Assembly (NCBI GenBank): GCA_028534125.1
Contig: CM052816.1
Span: 83,206,001 to 83,270,000, forward strand
Source of the DNA: Lama glama
Taxonomy: Eukaryota
Length of the DNA stretch: 64,000 nucleotides
Reading direction: 5' to 3'
This document shows positions 1 through 14,450 of this stretch, piece after piece. The stretch's first letter is position 1, and the number at the start of each line of letters is the position of its first letter. Below the pieces are notes generated by a model. The model saw nothing but the letters and a program-made list of their open reading frames with translations, searched no databases and was not told the DNA's origin. The translations under genes were made by a program, and so were the position numbers.

Positions 1-244
1 TTTGTTTATTCTTAACTGTACAAAATTTAGAAAGCATATCTATTGCTGAGTTTTCTACTTGGCATGTATGTATGTGTGTATATTAATATTAATATTACAT
101 GAGCTGTATTTTCAAGAATACACGTAGACACAAACCCTAAATCTATTAAATATCTGTGGAAAAAAAAAACAGCTTTCTACGTGTGCTATCATCCAACAAT
201 TTTGCTTAGAAGATTTCTTGCTTGTGACTTTATGGTTTAGGCAA

Positions 245-606
245 TTGTGTGAGTCAACTAGGGTTGTCATAAAAATATACCACAGGGTGGATGACTTAAA
301 CAATAGAAACTTATTTTCTCATAGTTCAAGAGGCTAGATCCAGCCAAGTTATTGGTGGGTTTAGTTTCACCCTGAGCCCTCTCTCCTTGACTTCCTGCCT
401 TCTTACTAGGCCCCCATGTGACCTTTTCTCTGGTATCTCTTCTTCTAATTAAAAACACTGGTCTAATTATATTACGGCCCCACCTTTATAACCTCATTTA
501 ACCTTAATTATCCCTATAAAGGCCCTGGTTCCAAATATAGTCACATTGGGGGTTAGGACTTCAACATACAAATTTTGGGGGAAGGGACACAATTCAGTCT
601 ATCCCT
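245..606 (-). mobile_element. MaLR solo LTR (MLT1A/B-like)
   Basis: Antisense MLT1 motifs: 'gacttaaacaatagaaacttattttctcatagttc', 'acctcatttaaccttaatta', 'ccaaatatagtcacattgggggttaggacttcaacata...ggacacaattcagtc'. Confidence 0.85.
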
Positions 607-1269
607 GCACTTTACTTCTAGGTTGATGTTATGTATATGGAGATATATTTGCAACTTTTCCGTTTAGATAAAGAGACTATAATACATGCCCTGCTCTGTT
701 TCATTATTCTAATTGTGTATGTGTTATATACCACGTTTCTACTTGAATAAGAATTGCAGGTTCATTTGGCTTATGAAATCCAGTTCATTTTTATCCACAG
801 TTTCAGACAGCACTTCAGTGAGAACAGAAAATTAACTTTCCTAGTTGAATAAAACCAAAATGGAAACAAATTTTTAGTCCCTAAAAGAGCTTTTTAAATG
901 ATTTTGTATCGCACGTTGCATTTAATTTATTCCAACAGACATTAAAATATCTGTTAAATAGTCTTTTCCTGTGAAGATGTTCACAGCTACCAGATGGAAC
1001 AGCCATCATTTTCTTAAGGGCTCAACATAATTAAGACCACACTTTATTGAGATCAGCCAACTCCATTAAAATATCATTAACAATGAATACATTGAAAAAA
1101 TCCTCAGATAAATGAGAAGGAATGCTTATGAGTTACTGAAATGTGAGCTCTATGAAGGCAGTATTTTGTTGCTATGCTTTTGTTCATATATACAAATAGG
1201 AGCAAAATCTGGTAGCATTATATTGAAAAATTACTCTATTAATTTTACACTTAACCACAAAGATTTGGC

Positions 1270-1398
1270 AATTTTTCAACATTGTATCTTCATGCCAGGC
1301 ATATGTCCAGGATTTACGAATAGATCTATGAATAAAACAAAATCCCTGCTCTCACAGAACTTCATTCCAGCGTAGAGACAGGTAATAATCAAACACTT
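1270..1398 (-). mobile_element. L2 3'-end fragment
   Basis: 'atgccaggcatatgtccagg...atgaataaaacaaaatccctgctctcacagaacttcattccag' resembles the antisense L2 tail. Confidence 0.65.
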
Positions 1399-1659
1399 CC
1401 TTTAATTTGGGTTTCCCCTTTAGGACTAGCCAGTGACCTTGATAGAAGCTTTCCAGTATTCAATGTATAAGATTATATCTATAATCTTTAAACTATAAAG
1501 TGTACATATAATAATTGTGCCTATAATTGTTGCAATTCAGGCCACTACCATGCCTACCTAGTCCAAATGACTAAAATAATCAGAAAATACAGTTCAGTTT
1601 GTAGTTTCTAAATGTATTAATAGTAAACAGAGTACCAGAATATAAAAGTGATAAAGAAA

Positions 1660-1880
1660 TTAGTTTCTGCTCTGTTTGACTCAGTTTTCTGCTATGTACT
1701 AACTGTGGTATGAGACAGTGTATTCCATCTCTACAAAACTTGGGTGCTTCCTATGTGAAATAAGGGAAATAATTATATTAAAGTTTGGCTCCGAGTATGA
1801 CAGAAGATAATATGCACCTTGTTCTTACTATGATGCCTGACATGTAAGACTTATTGAAATTCATGGTAGCTATTATTGCT
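1660..1880 (+). mobile_element. MIR SINE (decayed)
   Basis: MIR core/tail similarity: 'tctgctatgtactaactgtg', 'tcctatgtgaaataagggaaataat', 'tgcctgacatgtaag...tggtagctattatt'. Confidence 0.65.
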
Positions 1881-1896
1881 AAAATGTAGATGTGTT

Positions 1897-2396
1897 NNNN
1901 NNNNNNNNNNNNNNNNNNNNNNNNNNNNNNNNNNNNNNNNNNNNNNNNNNNNNNNNNNNNNNNNNNNNNNNNNNNNNNNNNNNNNNNNNNNNNNNNNNNN
2001 NNNNNNNNNNNNNNNNNNNNNNNNNNNNNNNNNNNNNNNNNNNNNNNNNNNNNNNNNNNNNNNNNNNNNNNNNNNNNNNNNNNNNNNNNNNNNNNNNNNN
2101 NNNNNNNNNNNNNNNNNNNNNNNNNNNNNNNNNNNNNNNNNNNNNNNNNNNNNNNNNNNNNNNNNNNNNNNNNNNNNNNNNNNNNNNNNNNNNNNNNNNN
2201 NNNNNNNNNNNNNNNNNNNNNNNNNNNNNNNNNNNNNNNNNNNNNNNNNNNNNNNNNNNNNNNNNNNNNNNNNNNNNNNNNNNNNNNNNNNNNNNNNNNN
2301 NNNNNNNNNNNNNNNNNNNNNNNNNNNNNNNNNNNNNNNNNNNNNNNNNNNNNNNNNNNNNNNNNNNNNNNNNNNNNNNNNNNNNNNNNNNNNNNN
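1897..2396. other. Assembly gap (exactly 500 N)
   Basis: Run of 500 N characters; the round number suggests a scaffolding gap of unknown true size. Confidence 0.99.
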
Positions 2397-3179
2397 TATC
2401 ACTATCATTATAAAAATTAATTATTATTTTGGTATCTTTATTTGTGTAATTAATCACTTAAGAGATTCATACATTTAATAATCAAATAACTAATTTACTT
2501 TCATTCATTTTCATTCATTTATAGAAGAAGAAATTGGACAACAAGGATATTATTATGTACATTTCTAAATTTCCATTCTCATACTTGTTTAATCTGAAAA
2601 TTAAATCAAGGCTTCCTGAATTCATGGTCAACAGGCTTTATTTAATACTTCCCACTAGCAATAGAAATTTGCCCCATTTATAAATCTTCTATTTGTAATA
2701 TCAATAGGAATTTGCATTGGGATCTGTCAGTAACTATCAAAAATTATGTAAAACTTGGAAGGAACAAAATAGGTTTCTTTATTTGTTGTTAAAATATTTC
2801 ATTTCATAGGATATAGTATAATATCTAAAGCTAAAATAACATTTTTTTCTATGTAGTTCCATTACATGGAAATGTAACTTTTTAAATGTTTAAATGGTGA
2901 TATAGGAAAAATTTAAGGCTTATCAAATGCCATGTTCACCCGTGCTTTTAAGACAAAGAATTAACTTTAGTGTTCTCATACTGACTTTAAAGTCTGCAAA
3001 TTTTCTCTGAACAAATTTTACCTTATTATCAACATAAAATTAACAAAATTTATCAAAACATTATTATTTTAATGCAACCAAATTTTAGCACATCTTAAAA
3101 TTGTCAAGAATTTTCTTTTTATTAGTTTTATATTTTTATTATAATATATTAAGTATATTTTATGTTTTTAATACAATTT

Positions 3180-3420
3180 TCTATGCAATAATGAATAAAA
3201 TATAGCTCCTCTCCTCTGGGAACTCTGTATAATTGGAGACTCAGACATATAAATGGATTTTAAAAAAAAGCAATGTGTTATTTGCCATGCAGAATAATTA
3301 TGGAAGGTACAACAGAAATATTAAGAAAGAAAAGGCAAATTATTGATATTGGATAAAAGTCAGAAAACTGCAATTGAGACAATATCTAACATGAATTTAG
3401 AGCATGATTACAGTTCACCA
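3180..3420 (-). mobile_element. L2 fragment (highly decayed)
   Basis: 'atgaataaaatatagctcctctcctctgggaactctgtataattggagactcagacatataaa' resembles the antisense L2 3' region. Confidence 0.45.
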
Positions 3421-5462
3421 TGAGAATAAAAATATAGAATTAATCACCTAGGAGTAAGTAGATTCATATAAAACGGGAAAATGTCCATGTCCATAAGTTA
3501 GACACAATATATGACATAACATGTGAGCACTAATAATTCTGTAAACAAAAATTACTAGTAGCAGTACTTTTGACAGTTATAACAGTTAAGAATATTACTC
3601 TGTCAATATTTTTTTTTAAAAAGGAAAGATGGGACAAAACATTTGAATATGTTTAAACAGATATCATTCTGATTATTAACTCCAGAGATAAATGTAACTG
3701 GTTTTTAACATAAATAACTTAAAGCCCAGAGTGGCTTCCTTTCAACAATATTTATTCTTTAAGGAATGCACAGAAGTGAGAATAGATTAAAAAAAAAAAA
3801 ACACCAAATATAGAAATATAGGGAAGTCTGTTTCCTTTACATCTGTTATGGACACATTCACAAAACATTGGCAAAGACAGAATAGTGATTTCAAAAATTT
3901 TGAAAGAAGCATTTTATTAAAAGAACTTAATTCTCAGATATTATCAAAGACATAAAATCAGAAAAGATGGTTGTCTCTGGCGAGATTGATGAAAAGTAAA
4001 ACAAGGACAAAATTTAGTGTCACTTTGGGCTCTTCCAAGTATTTAGGTTGAGAATTTAAGTTGGTACAGTATTTTTGGAACACATACCCTTTCCTTATTA
4101 ATCCTATTTTTGAAAATTTACTTTAATTTATTGTCTCACATATATGTTTTCGTGTTCAACATTAAACAATATATAACAGATAATCATGCAGACAAATTGG
4201 TTTACTCATATGAGTAAGTGTGAATTGGTGAAGCTTTGTAAAACCTACTAGTGTCAGGATTTCACATGACTTTTTGTGATTTTTTTCAACATTTTCATTC
4301 TCAAATGCAATATGCATAATTTACCTATATAAATTAATAAATTAAACCTTAAAGGTATCTCTCCCTCAGATTCACAAGACAAAATTTATGATTCACATGA
4401 AAGACCACGGAGAGTTCTGCAGACAGGGCTCTCAGGATTGTGCACATCCCACTTTGATGGAGTCCTTTTAATATTTATAAATACCAAAGGTAATTAGTGG
4501 TCCGAGGACTGCACTTTGTGAAATACTAAGCCATATCATAAACATTATAAAACATTTATTTTAAGTAAGAGTTAAACCTTAATTCATCTCAACAAAATAA
4601 TGTACCTTGGTAGAGAAGAAATCACTTTTTCTAGAGTAAATAATCCTAAACTGGTCAAATACATAAGCACATGCATGGAGATGCCTGAATCTCCCAAGTA
4701 AATCTATAGATGTAGTACAGGACGGGCAGGACAGGGCACAATCACTGTGCTTAGTCAGGCATGAGGGAAGTAGTTGTGCACACATATCAATTTGTCATCT
4801 TTACGTAGCTGCATTGGAATCTTCACATCTGACACTCTCAAGGTTAGATGAAAAATCACATATATCACAATATTAAGTACAGAATATGCATAATTGGGGG
4901 TCAAGGTGTGATTAAGGTTAAAGCCAGATTAGATTCCCATCACAGACCATAAATGACAGGTTGAGAAGTTTAATGTCATACATTATTTATTTGAGTTTAT
5001 CATATTACTTTAATATTTTAATAAAATTTATACAAAGAATCTGTATTTTCTAGGTATTTTTACAGGGATGTGTATTACTTTGCTAATAATGAAAAATACA
5101 AAGAAAAGATGTACTCATTCTAGAAATATCTTCCTCAAAAATAATTTTAAATATCTTAGAAATTTAAATTCTCATGCTACAATGATACCACATGCATAAG
5201 AATAATTTTCATTTTAACAGATCTTGTCAAATACCTATACTCCATGCCAAGGTCTTTGCCCTCTGGTGACTTTGTTTTATGGGTCCAAGACTTTCAAAAT
5301 ATCAGTACCTGTGTCTCTTAACATGATCATATTGCTTGTATATAAATAATAATCAATTATCAGTTTAATATCAATGAATATAAGAAGCAAATCATCTTTC
5401 CAGTGATTGCCAATTACACCAACTCTGTGTGATAATCTGTGGTACACATATGTTATAGGTGC

Positions 5463-5927
5463 TGTAATGGTTAATTTAATGTCTCAACTTGAATGGTCTA
5501 AGGGATGTCCAGATAGCTAGTGAGACATTATTTCTGGGTGTATCTGTGAAGATGTCTCAGGAAGAGATTAGCATTTAAATCAGTAGAGTGAATAGGGAAA
5601 ATCTGTCTCACCAATGTGGTGGTGAGTGGAGATATTATCCAATCCACTGAAGGCCCAAATAGAACTAAAAGGCAGAGAAAGGGCAATTCTCACCCTCTTA
5701 CAATGTGACATCCATTCTCTGTCCTTCGAGAGCAGAACTCCTGGTTCTTGTGCCTTTGGGCTTGCCTGAATTATACCACCAGCTTTCCTGGGTCTCCAGC
5801 TTGCAGACCCTATAAACTCATGAGTCTGAATCTCCCGAATTGCATGAGCCAGTCCCTGTAATAAATCTCTTCTTATATATTTATATATCCTATTGGTTTG
5901 TTTCTCTAGAGAATTCTGATTAATATA
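5463..5927 (+). mobile_element. ERVL MLT2-family solo LTR
   Basis: Begins 'tgtaatggttaatttaatgtctcaacttga', contains 'ggaagagattagcatttaaatcagtag' and AATAAA, and ends 'cctattggtttgtttctctagagaattctgattaatata'. These are typical MLT2 termini. Confidence 0.9.
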
Positions 5928-7429
5928 GCTGTCATTCACAAACATTCTCTCAAAACTTCAAGTCTTAATACACATGTATATTTTGTCTACTTCCTGGAAA
6001 CTGTACAAGAATTGCAAATAATGAATACCACTTATTAGTATTTAGTGCAAGAATCAAATATATAAAATCTATGATATTTCATGAGAGTTTTAGCTTGGAC
6101 TCACTGCTTTGGAGGAGCAAATACATTAAATGAGAATGCTAAAATATTTTGAATGAGTAAAATTAAGTACAGGTCTAGATTTCTCATTAAGTTCATGTTG
6201 GAAAATAATTCAAAACTTTTAAGCCAATATCACAAATTAAAAAATTTGATCTCATACTCTATAATAACTACTGGTTATGTTTTCTAAAAGTACTATTGAT
6301 ATATACTTTGTGACTTTGATGCTATGTAACATACTGAGGAAAGGAGAAATATTGTATCAAAATGCTTTAAGAAGCCAGGAACTAAGTATATTTTCAGTGT
6401 GTTCATGTGAAGAAATTAACTAAAGCTGTAATATATTTTCATAAAATGTTTTAAATGCTTTGCTAAGGAGAAACTTTTGAACTGAAGAAAGTAATAATTG
6501 AATTATAATTGGATGCCTTTATAAGCTAAGATACATTTACTCTCTATGTAAATATTAGAATAAAACATTCAGTTGAGATTTTTCTTAAACTTTACAGGAA
6601 ATGTTCAGTCATAAATAGAAAACTAGTTACCAGATATATTTTATATACAGTGTGGAAACATATTTGCAATTTTGAAGGATAAATGAGTAATTTATGTACA
6701 TTAATTAGGAAAAAATGTAGTTAGAAAGGAAGGCCAACTTGTAAAGGTATAAATTCAGTTCTGCCAGGTTTTGTTTTATCTAGACTCCATTGTTGTTCTT
6801 CCATTCATTAGTTTTCTTATAATTTTTCCAAATTTCAAGATTGTTCACACTTACCCTATTTACGGATCTATATTTTGTGTTTACTACTGATTTCTCTGCT
6901 CCTTGACTGAGGATAGTATTATTTATTAATGAAATTGTTATTATCATTAAAATGTTAAAGACAGAAAATTAATAGTACTTTGGATATTCAAAATCAATAT
7001 ATGTTCAAAAAGTTTATACTTTTTCATGTTTATTTCAGTTGTTTTCATAAAATATACAACACATTACTGATAAAGACTTACTTTATTTCTTCCCATCTCA
7101 GTCATTTTCTTAACTTCCAAAGGCAACCATTTATATGCCTTGGGCTTGAGTCTTTTATTTCCTATTCTCCATCTATCATCTATATATCTATCTGTCTATC
7201 ATTTTCTGTCATCTATCTCTATGTCTATAACTATATCTTATATTTCTATATATGCCTTTTTGTATCATCTACCTATAGTTCTCTCTATATATAAACTGTG
7301 TGTGTGTGTATATATATATAAAAATTTGCATCTACAATGCCAGTGCAGACTTTATATAGTATATTTAAATGTTTGTTCTTTTGATGTATATTCATCTTCA
7401 GATGGTACTATTATTTATTTCAAATTTAC

Positions 7430-8640
7430 TTTTTAAAAAATTTTCATATCTTTTGGTCATTTTGATTTCTCTTATGTAACTTTTAAAAAATTATTAATTT
7501 TTACCTGCAGTTCTTTTTTCTTGATATAAATATTTTTAAAATAATTACTGGATGGTAATGTTTTACCATTTTATGTTTGAAAATATTTTCTACCATATAT
7601 TAAATAGGTAGGGTATCTTTTATCACTAAAAACATTATTCTGTTTAATTTGGAAAATCTACTTATATTTGCATATGCATTTATTGAGTATCATTTAATTC
7701 ATTCTTATATTAGGCATAAATTTAATATTCTATGTTATTTCTGAATTTTTTTTTTACTTTTAGGTTTTTAATTAACTTGGCTTCTATATGTTTTGAGTCC
7801 AACTATGTTTTCACAGTAAAAGCCAATACATAAAATATAATTAATAATATCTACTTTCCCCAGCATGTCATACTTAAATATGAACAAATTGCATATGACA
7901 ATTTCTGTTTTATTAATAATGTATCCTTCTAAATTACCATACTTTATGTCTTGATATTATATAGGGTATGTCTGTCTTAGTTCATTTTTTTAGAATTATC
8001 TTCACTATTCATGTACGTTTACAATTCCTTGTGAAATTTAAAATTACTAGTTCAATACTTAAAACATTTTTATTACATTTTATTAAAATTGTGTTAAATC
8101 TGCAAATGAATTTAGTAGAAATTGGCATCTAAACAATTTGAACCTTTCAACTCACACAAATTGTGTATCTTTTCTTTTTTTTTGCTCTGTGCATAAAAAT
8201 ATTATGCATAATTTGTGAGAAATTCCTAAGCATCATCTATCTTGGTGCTTTTATGAATATAACCTTTTATTCTTAAATTTTCTGATGTTAATTGTTGACA
8301 AGTAGAAATATTATTGATTTTTGTATATTGGTCTGACTTCTGGTAAAACTGATAAACTCACTTATTAATTCTGACACTTTGTCAGTAGATTCCTTTGGAG
8401 TTACTGTGCTGAAAACTTTGTCATCTGTAAGTCCTGCAGCTTGTCAGTCTTTCTACTCCCTTTGCTTTTTGATTGTCCTCTCATTATCTTGTTCTCTTTC
8501 CCCTGGTTCTTCTCATCTCCTCTTTCCTCCTCCTCATTTTTAGAACCTCATTTTATTTAATCAGGACCTAAATTAAACTATGAAAGAGGTAGAGGAATAT
8601 AGAGTGTTTTTTAATCTCTAATATATTAATACTCCTTTAG
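7430..8640 (-). mobile_element. Old L1M (L1ME-like) ORF2/3' fragments
   Basis: Antisense L1 ORF2 motifs 'aatctgcaaatgaatttagtagaaattggcatct', 'tagaaatattattgatttttgtatattg', 'ataaactcacttattaattct'. Confidence 0.7.
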
Positions 8641-9334
8641 TCCTCATTGTCCCTTGTTCTCTCCCTGCCCCTTCTCCCCTCCTCTCTCTCTTTCCCTAGA
8701 ATATTATTCTTTCTACTAGATTTAGTGCTCCCATTCCATTTTTTCTTTGATTTGTTAAAATGTAGACTTTTTTTTTTTTTAATTTCAGCTGGAATAGAGT
8801 TGGGGAGGTAGGTCTACTTAGGTGATTTAGGTTTTGTAAATGTTTTTTGAAAAGAACGTTCTATCTACGTGTATTTGTATGCAAGCTTTTAATTGTGTTC
8901 TTCAAATATTCCCTACTTTTTACTACTATTTTATCAGAGTGTATGTTTCAAAGCAAGGAACTTTAAAATGTATAGCTTTGTGGATTTTTCACATCTCTAC
9001 TGAATTGTCTCAAAATTCCTTTTTGATAAAATGATACAGTTACATTTAAATTGTATGAAGGTATGTTATTATAATCCAATGGAATACTAAATTTTCCAAA
9101 GAAAATAGTAAATGGTATCCAAGAGAATACACTGAAAATATTTTCCTCAGTCACTTATTTCCTTTCATTTTGATAAAGAAATACTGAATACTGAGTTTTT
9201 GTTTTTTTGGTTAAAAACTCATGGGCCATTAAGAAATGTAATATACTCATTTTCTTTCATCTTGATTTTTTTCCCTTAAAATATATTGTGATTAAAGTAA
9301 ACACTGCAAACATTCAAGTGTAATATTTTTATGG

Positions 9335-9570
9335 TCCAGTGGTTAAGGATATAGTTTTCTAAGTGAAAATGTCTGAGTAAATTTCTGTTTTGCCACTTAA
9401 TTCACTATGTAAACTGAAGCAGATTTCTTACATTTCTAAATCTGTATATTTTTATTTAATCTATAATATAGGATCCATGATTCCAATAAATGGCCATCTT
9501 TCATAGAATTACTGTGAAGACTAAAAGAGGTAGCATACATGAAGTCATACATACTCTAAAAAGTTCATGA
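9335..9570 (+). mobile_element. MIR SINE
   Basis: 'gtggttaaggatatag...tctgttttgccacttaattcactatgtaaactgaagcagatttctta...tactgtgaagactaaa'. Confidence 0.6.
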
Positions 9571-9619
9571 TAAGAAAACAGATGAGGAGGAGAAGATTGA
9601 CTAACACAATAAGGTTTGG

Positions 9620-9815
9620 GGTGACTGTGGGTTTAAAGCCCAATTCTACTACTTAATACATTTCTTAGGGGCTAATTTCATTACACATTGTTGTGTTTAT
9701 ATTTAAAATGGGAATATTACTTATTTTACTCCCCAAGAATTGTTATGAGTTTTTAATGATTTAATTCATTTAAAGGGCTTCATACAGAGACTAGTAAAGA
9801 AACAAAGTCAATGTC
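9620..9815 (+). mobile_element. MIR SINE (second adjacent copy)
   Basis: 'gggtttaaagcccaattctactactta...taaaatgggaatatta...gaattgttatgagttttaatgatttaattcatttaaagggctt'. Confidence 0.6.
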
Positions 9816-11092
9816 AATGACTCTGTAAATAAATACTGTTGCAGTACGTTCCTTTTATTCACATGCACCTCAACCTCACTGCAAACCCAATTCATTTCTC
9901 CCAGTGTCTATGGCTCCAACCTGTGTGTATGTACTTGACTGGTTGGAGGGTAGTGGTGAAGAAACATGTGCACAGTCACACGCAAATGTTTAAGACACAA
10001 TACTTGTGTATGTGTGTCTACACATATTTACATAACTATATTTGAGTTCTTCCTGAGCAGCTTCATAGTAAATATCATATGATACTCTATTCAGGCTGTG
10101 ACTTAGAATTACTATTTCTCCATTCATACACTAGTATGATTAAGCAGCCTTATGGTATGTCAGTTTGATAGATTTTGTACATTACTAAAATTGTTACTTA
10201 TTTTATATTCCCTAGTTTTTTTCCAATTTTGTTATTCTTTTAAACCACTTTCAAGTATTTAGAAGAGATTTATAGGCAAAACAACAGCTTTGCAAATATT
10301 ATTAAAGGCTTCTAATATAATTTGCTCCCAGTTCTAAAAAGTCTGTCATTTGATACAATGTTGTTTTATGTTGCTTCATGGGGGAAAGAGAAAGTCACAT
10401 AAAATGAGATATATTTTTATTATAAAAAATCATGAAAATATAGTTTTATTTAACCAACTTAAAACATTTATTCGTAGTGTAAACAAGTTTAGGAAATATA
10501 TACCATTTTTAATGAAGTATTTTATCTCAGTTGTATCATGAAACCAAATACAACATTGAATGTGTCAGAACCCATCAAAACTTTATTCAAAGTGTTTTTC
10601 ATTGGTTAAATCCTAGAAGTTCACAATGGAATCACTATGGCTCCTCTTTAGAGTTTTAAAAATACAGAATTCACCTAATTTACCTATATCATGCTTCAAG
10701 GGTACTTTATAAGAATGTTAGAGAAGAAATGTGGAATTTAGTTTTAGACAGTAGAACTAAAACTTTTCACATTTAGTTCAATTGCAATAACTTGTAATGT
10801 AAATGAAAGTTTATCTAAACTTTGTTAAATTTTCAAGCCCACAGTTTATTTTTAAATGAATCATATTTCATATTATTTATCACATACCTAACACCCCAAT
10901 TTTATACTATTTTATTGTTGTGAGCCACTTAGAATAATTTTCTTGATATTGATGCTAGAATATGTAATATATACTTGTTTAGTTATAATGGCCATTCCCA
11001 ATTTGTTTTAAAATCCATGTCAATTTGTTTTCAATTTCTTCTCAAGATAAGTATGTATTCATGTTCATATACTTGCTCTAAATTTTGCTCAA

Positions 11093-11335
11093 TGTTATAG
11101 AAGATTGAAATAAGTTAATCACATCAATGGTTTGAATGCAATGGTTTAGCTGTCCTGTTGCCTCAGTGCATAAATTTGATGAATTCTCTCTTCTAGACTA
11201 TCAAGGTGTGTATCTATAGAGTATCTGACCAGTTTCTGATATCTGACTGTTAATAGTTTTTAGCATCACCTTACCTTCTTTCCCTTCTCTCCATCTCTGG
11301 ACAAGCTGATGAGAGAGCCTGGGTAACCCCTGTAT
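11093..11335 (+). mobile_element. Possible ERV LTR fragment (family uncertain)
   Basis: Starts 'tgttatag'; 'ttcccttctctccatctctggacaagctgatgagagagcctgggt' resembles recalled old ERVL-class LTR sequence. Confidence 0.35.
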
Positions 11336-11459
11336 CATCTATCAGCTGTCAATCATTTTTATCCATCATCTCTCAATTACCTATCATCTAAATGCTACAT
11401 TTGATCTTTCATCTATCATATGTCATCAATCATGTATCAGTAATATATCTATATTCAAA

Positions 11460-13780
11460 TTGCAAGTACATATTGATGACTTCAGTTGTTACACAAGCCT
11501 GATATTTCCCCTTATCTTCTTTTGTTTTACGTTTCTTTTTCCTTTTCTTCCGTAATTAGAAATATATCTCCCAGTTCTATCAATATACTTCTCCTTTGCT
11601 GAATTATACAATAAAACAGAAAACTGTTTCTGAATTTCTCACTCATATCACTGAGAAAAAACATTTATACTGAGGAGAATTCAATACTCATTTGCAGTTC
11701 TTCTGTCATCAGTATGGGCGTATCTGGTGAGACACTGTTACATGGTTATCATAGTTTCCTCTTCAGTATAATTGTTATTCAAAGTTATAAATACAGTGAG
11801 GTTTGTTTATTTCTGGTTTCTGGAATCTCTATTCAGTTCCATTTTTCTTTGAGACAGTATTCTCAATATTCTCCTGATCAGAGCAGCTTTAGAGTATGTC
11901 TTTAATTCTGGTAGTATAAATACTGTTTTTTTCTTCCACTTAAACTTGTCTTGGATATTCTAGGCACTTTGTATTTCCCTATGCATTTTAGAACCAACAT
12001 TAAGAAAGGAATTCCATGTAAAACTACTGAGATTTCTCTTTAGCTCATTTGGATTTCTAAATCAATTTAGTAAGACTTGATATCTTATTCTTACAGGATC
12101 TTACAATCCATGAACTTTGAATATTTCTACATTTACTAAGGTCTTTCTTACTTTCACTCCACAGTGTTTTGTAGTTTTTAGGATGTTGGTTTTGCATAGT
12201 TTTTGTTAGATATACTTCTAAGTCTCTCGAAGTTTTATTAAGGGCACAGAGATCTACTTCTATTCAAGTGTCAAATATGTGAATGACTTTAACATCTGAA
12301 ATGTCTGTTCTACAACCTGAATAATTCAGAAGGCTTAGTACCAGTTTGCTAATGTTTAAAAATAAAATGGAAATTTTATGTTGATTTTTTTCCAGCACAG
12401 CTGCAAAATTTACAAATTAGTTCTTCTCATTTTTGTTTGTTTGTAGTTCCCATAGAGTATCATTTGTGTACAGTCTTGTCATTCAAGAATAACGAATTTT
12501 GATTCTTTACAAAACTTAATTTAATTTCTTTTAGTTTCGTTTTATTTGCATAGGTGACCTTTAATACACTATATTAAAAAGTGAAGATAATGGAAATTAT
12601 TTTCTGTTTTCAAACTTAGGGGAAAACTGATTTTTCTTAAGTAGAATATTGCATATTTTTATCTTTCCAGATTGAAGAAATTCCTTCTATATATCTCAAT
12701 ATTTTTTAGATTTCTCTTAATCATTATCTATGTTTACTTTTTATCAACTATTTCAATATATTTATTTAGCAAAAAGATCTTATTGATTTTTACCTTTATT
12801 CTATTAATATGCTGGATTACTTTGAATGATTTTTGAGTGTTAACTAATTTGAACTTCTGCAGTAAACTCTATAGAGTCATGATATAGTATTGTTTTGTGT
12901 ATTTCTGGATTATGTTACATCATAGTTTATTTAGGATTTTTATGTTTATGTTAATAGAACATATTGCCTTCACATTTGTTTTCCTGTCAGATTTTGGTAT
13001 ATGGTTTTTCTAGACTCATAATATGTAGTCTCAATTATTTATTCAGTCTATAGAAATAATTGATTTTTCTATTTCTTCTTTTCTGTTTTGCTAAGTGTGT
13101 TTTTTAGCCTCAATATTTTATATATTTCACCCAAGTTGTCAAATTTATTGCCACAAAGTTGTTTATATTACCGTCTTATTATGATTTAGGACTGAAGGAT
13201 CTATAGTGTCGTATGTTTAATTTCTGTTTTTTGTCTTTTCTTGATCTGGTTTTCAGTGTTTATAGATTTTATTAAAATTTAAATGTCAACCTTATACTTT
13301 ATTGGTTTTCTTCCTGAACCTATGCTTAATATTTTATTTTTATTCATTCCTAATTATGTCTCTCCTACTGTTTCCTTTGGGTTTACTTTTCTACAAAGGA
13401 AGTATAAATTATTTTTTATATTTTTTCTTTTTAATATTTTATTTAAATTACATTTTCCTCTAAACTTTGCTTAGCTGCAAGCCCCCCGAAATTGATATGC
13501 TGTTTCATTACCTCTTATTCCAAAAATATAATTTCCATTGCAATTTTCTTCACTTTGTGTGGCTTGATTTCACACATTTGTGAATTTTGTTATATTATTA
13601 GTTTCTAGTTTAATTTTATTATAATCAAAGAGTATACCATGTATGGTTTTAAACCGTGGATATTTGATATGATTTGTTTTATGGTTCTTCATATAAAGTA
13701 TGTTTGGTATGTTATGGCAAATATTCCATGTATTCTTGAAAAGATGCATATTTTATGCATGTTGGATATAATGTTGCAAA
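11460..13780 (-). mobile_element. Old L1M (L1MC/ME-like) 3' UTR and ORF2 remnants
   Basis: Antisense ORF2 motifs 'ggatattctaggcactttgtatttccctatgcattttagaa', 'ccagattgaagaaattccttctat', 'aatattccatgtattcttgaaaagatgcatatt'. Confidence 0.8.
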
Positions 13781-14450
13781 AGGACATTCCTTAGTGATTA
13801 TCTTGGTGATTTAAGATTTCTGCAAGGAAGTATGAGCCATCTTTAACCATCATTGTGCTCTTTGATTTATTTGGATGATAGATAAACAGCCAACATTTCA
13901 AGTGATAGTCAATAGTGAGTCACATATTTGACAGTTGAGAGGATGTGGATTACTGACTTTTTGCCAAATTTTAAAGCCTAATCCTTCAATGCTGCCCTCC
14001 CCCCCAAAAAAAAAATTTAAAAGGTGTTTTTGGCTCTTAAATGGATGAATCAACTGTTTAAAAAGAAGAAATCCATGTTAATTTATATAGCTAAACAAAT
14101 GATGAATTATTATGTAAATGGATTTCTAGGAAATTCATTAAATGCTGAGAAACCTACTATAAAACTTTTTTTTCTGTGCTGCATTTTAATTTTTTTCAAT
14201 GTATGTCCCAGACCAGAATAATTATTGTGCAACAGAAAAGAAGTCTCTCTGAGATCATTTGATATGTGTGGGAAACAGAAGTTTCACAAATACGCTCATT
14301 TTATTTGTGTTTCCAATGTCTTTAATACATAGTACACTCCTTCTTTTGTTCTGAAAATAGTAAAATAAATTCAGAGTAAATACAGAAGACAAATATCATC
14401 CTTAGAAAATAAATGGGAGAATTTGACTTAGCTTGACAGCTAAATGGACC

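Noticed and set aside
1851..2478. Five 173-200 aa ORFs
   Set aside because: Artefacts of translating through the N gap.
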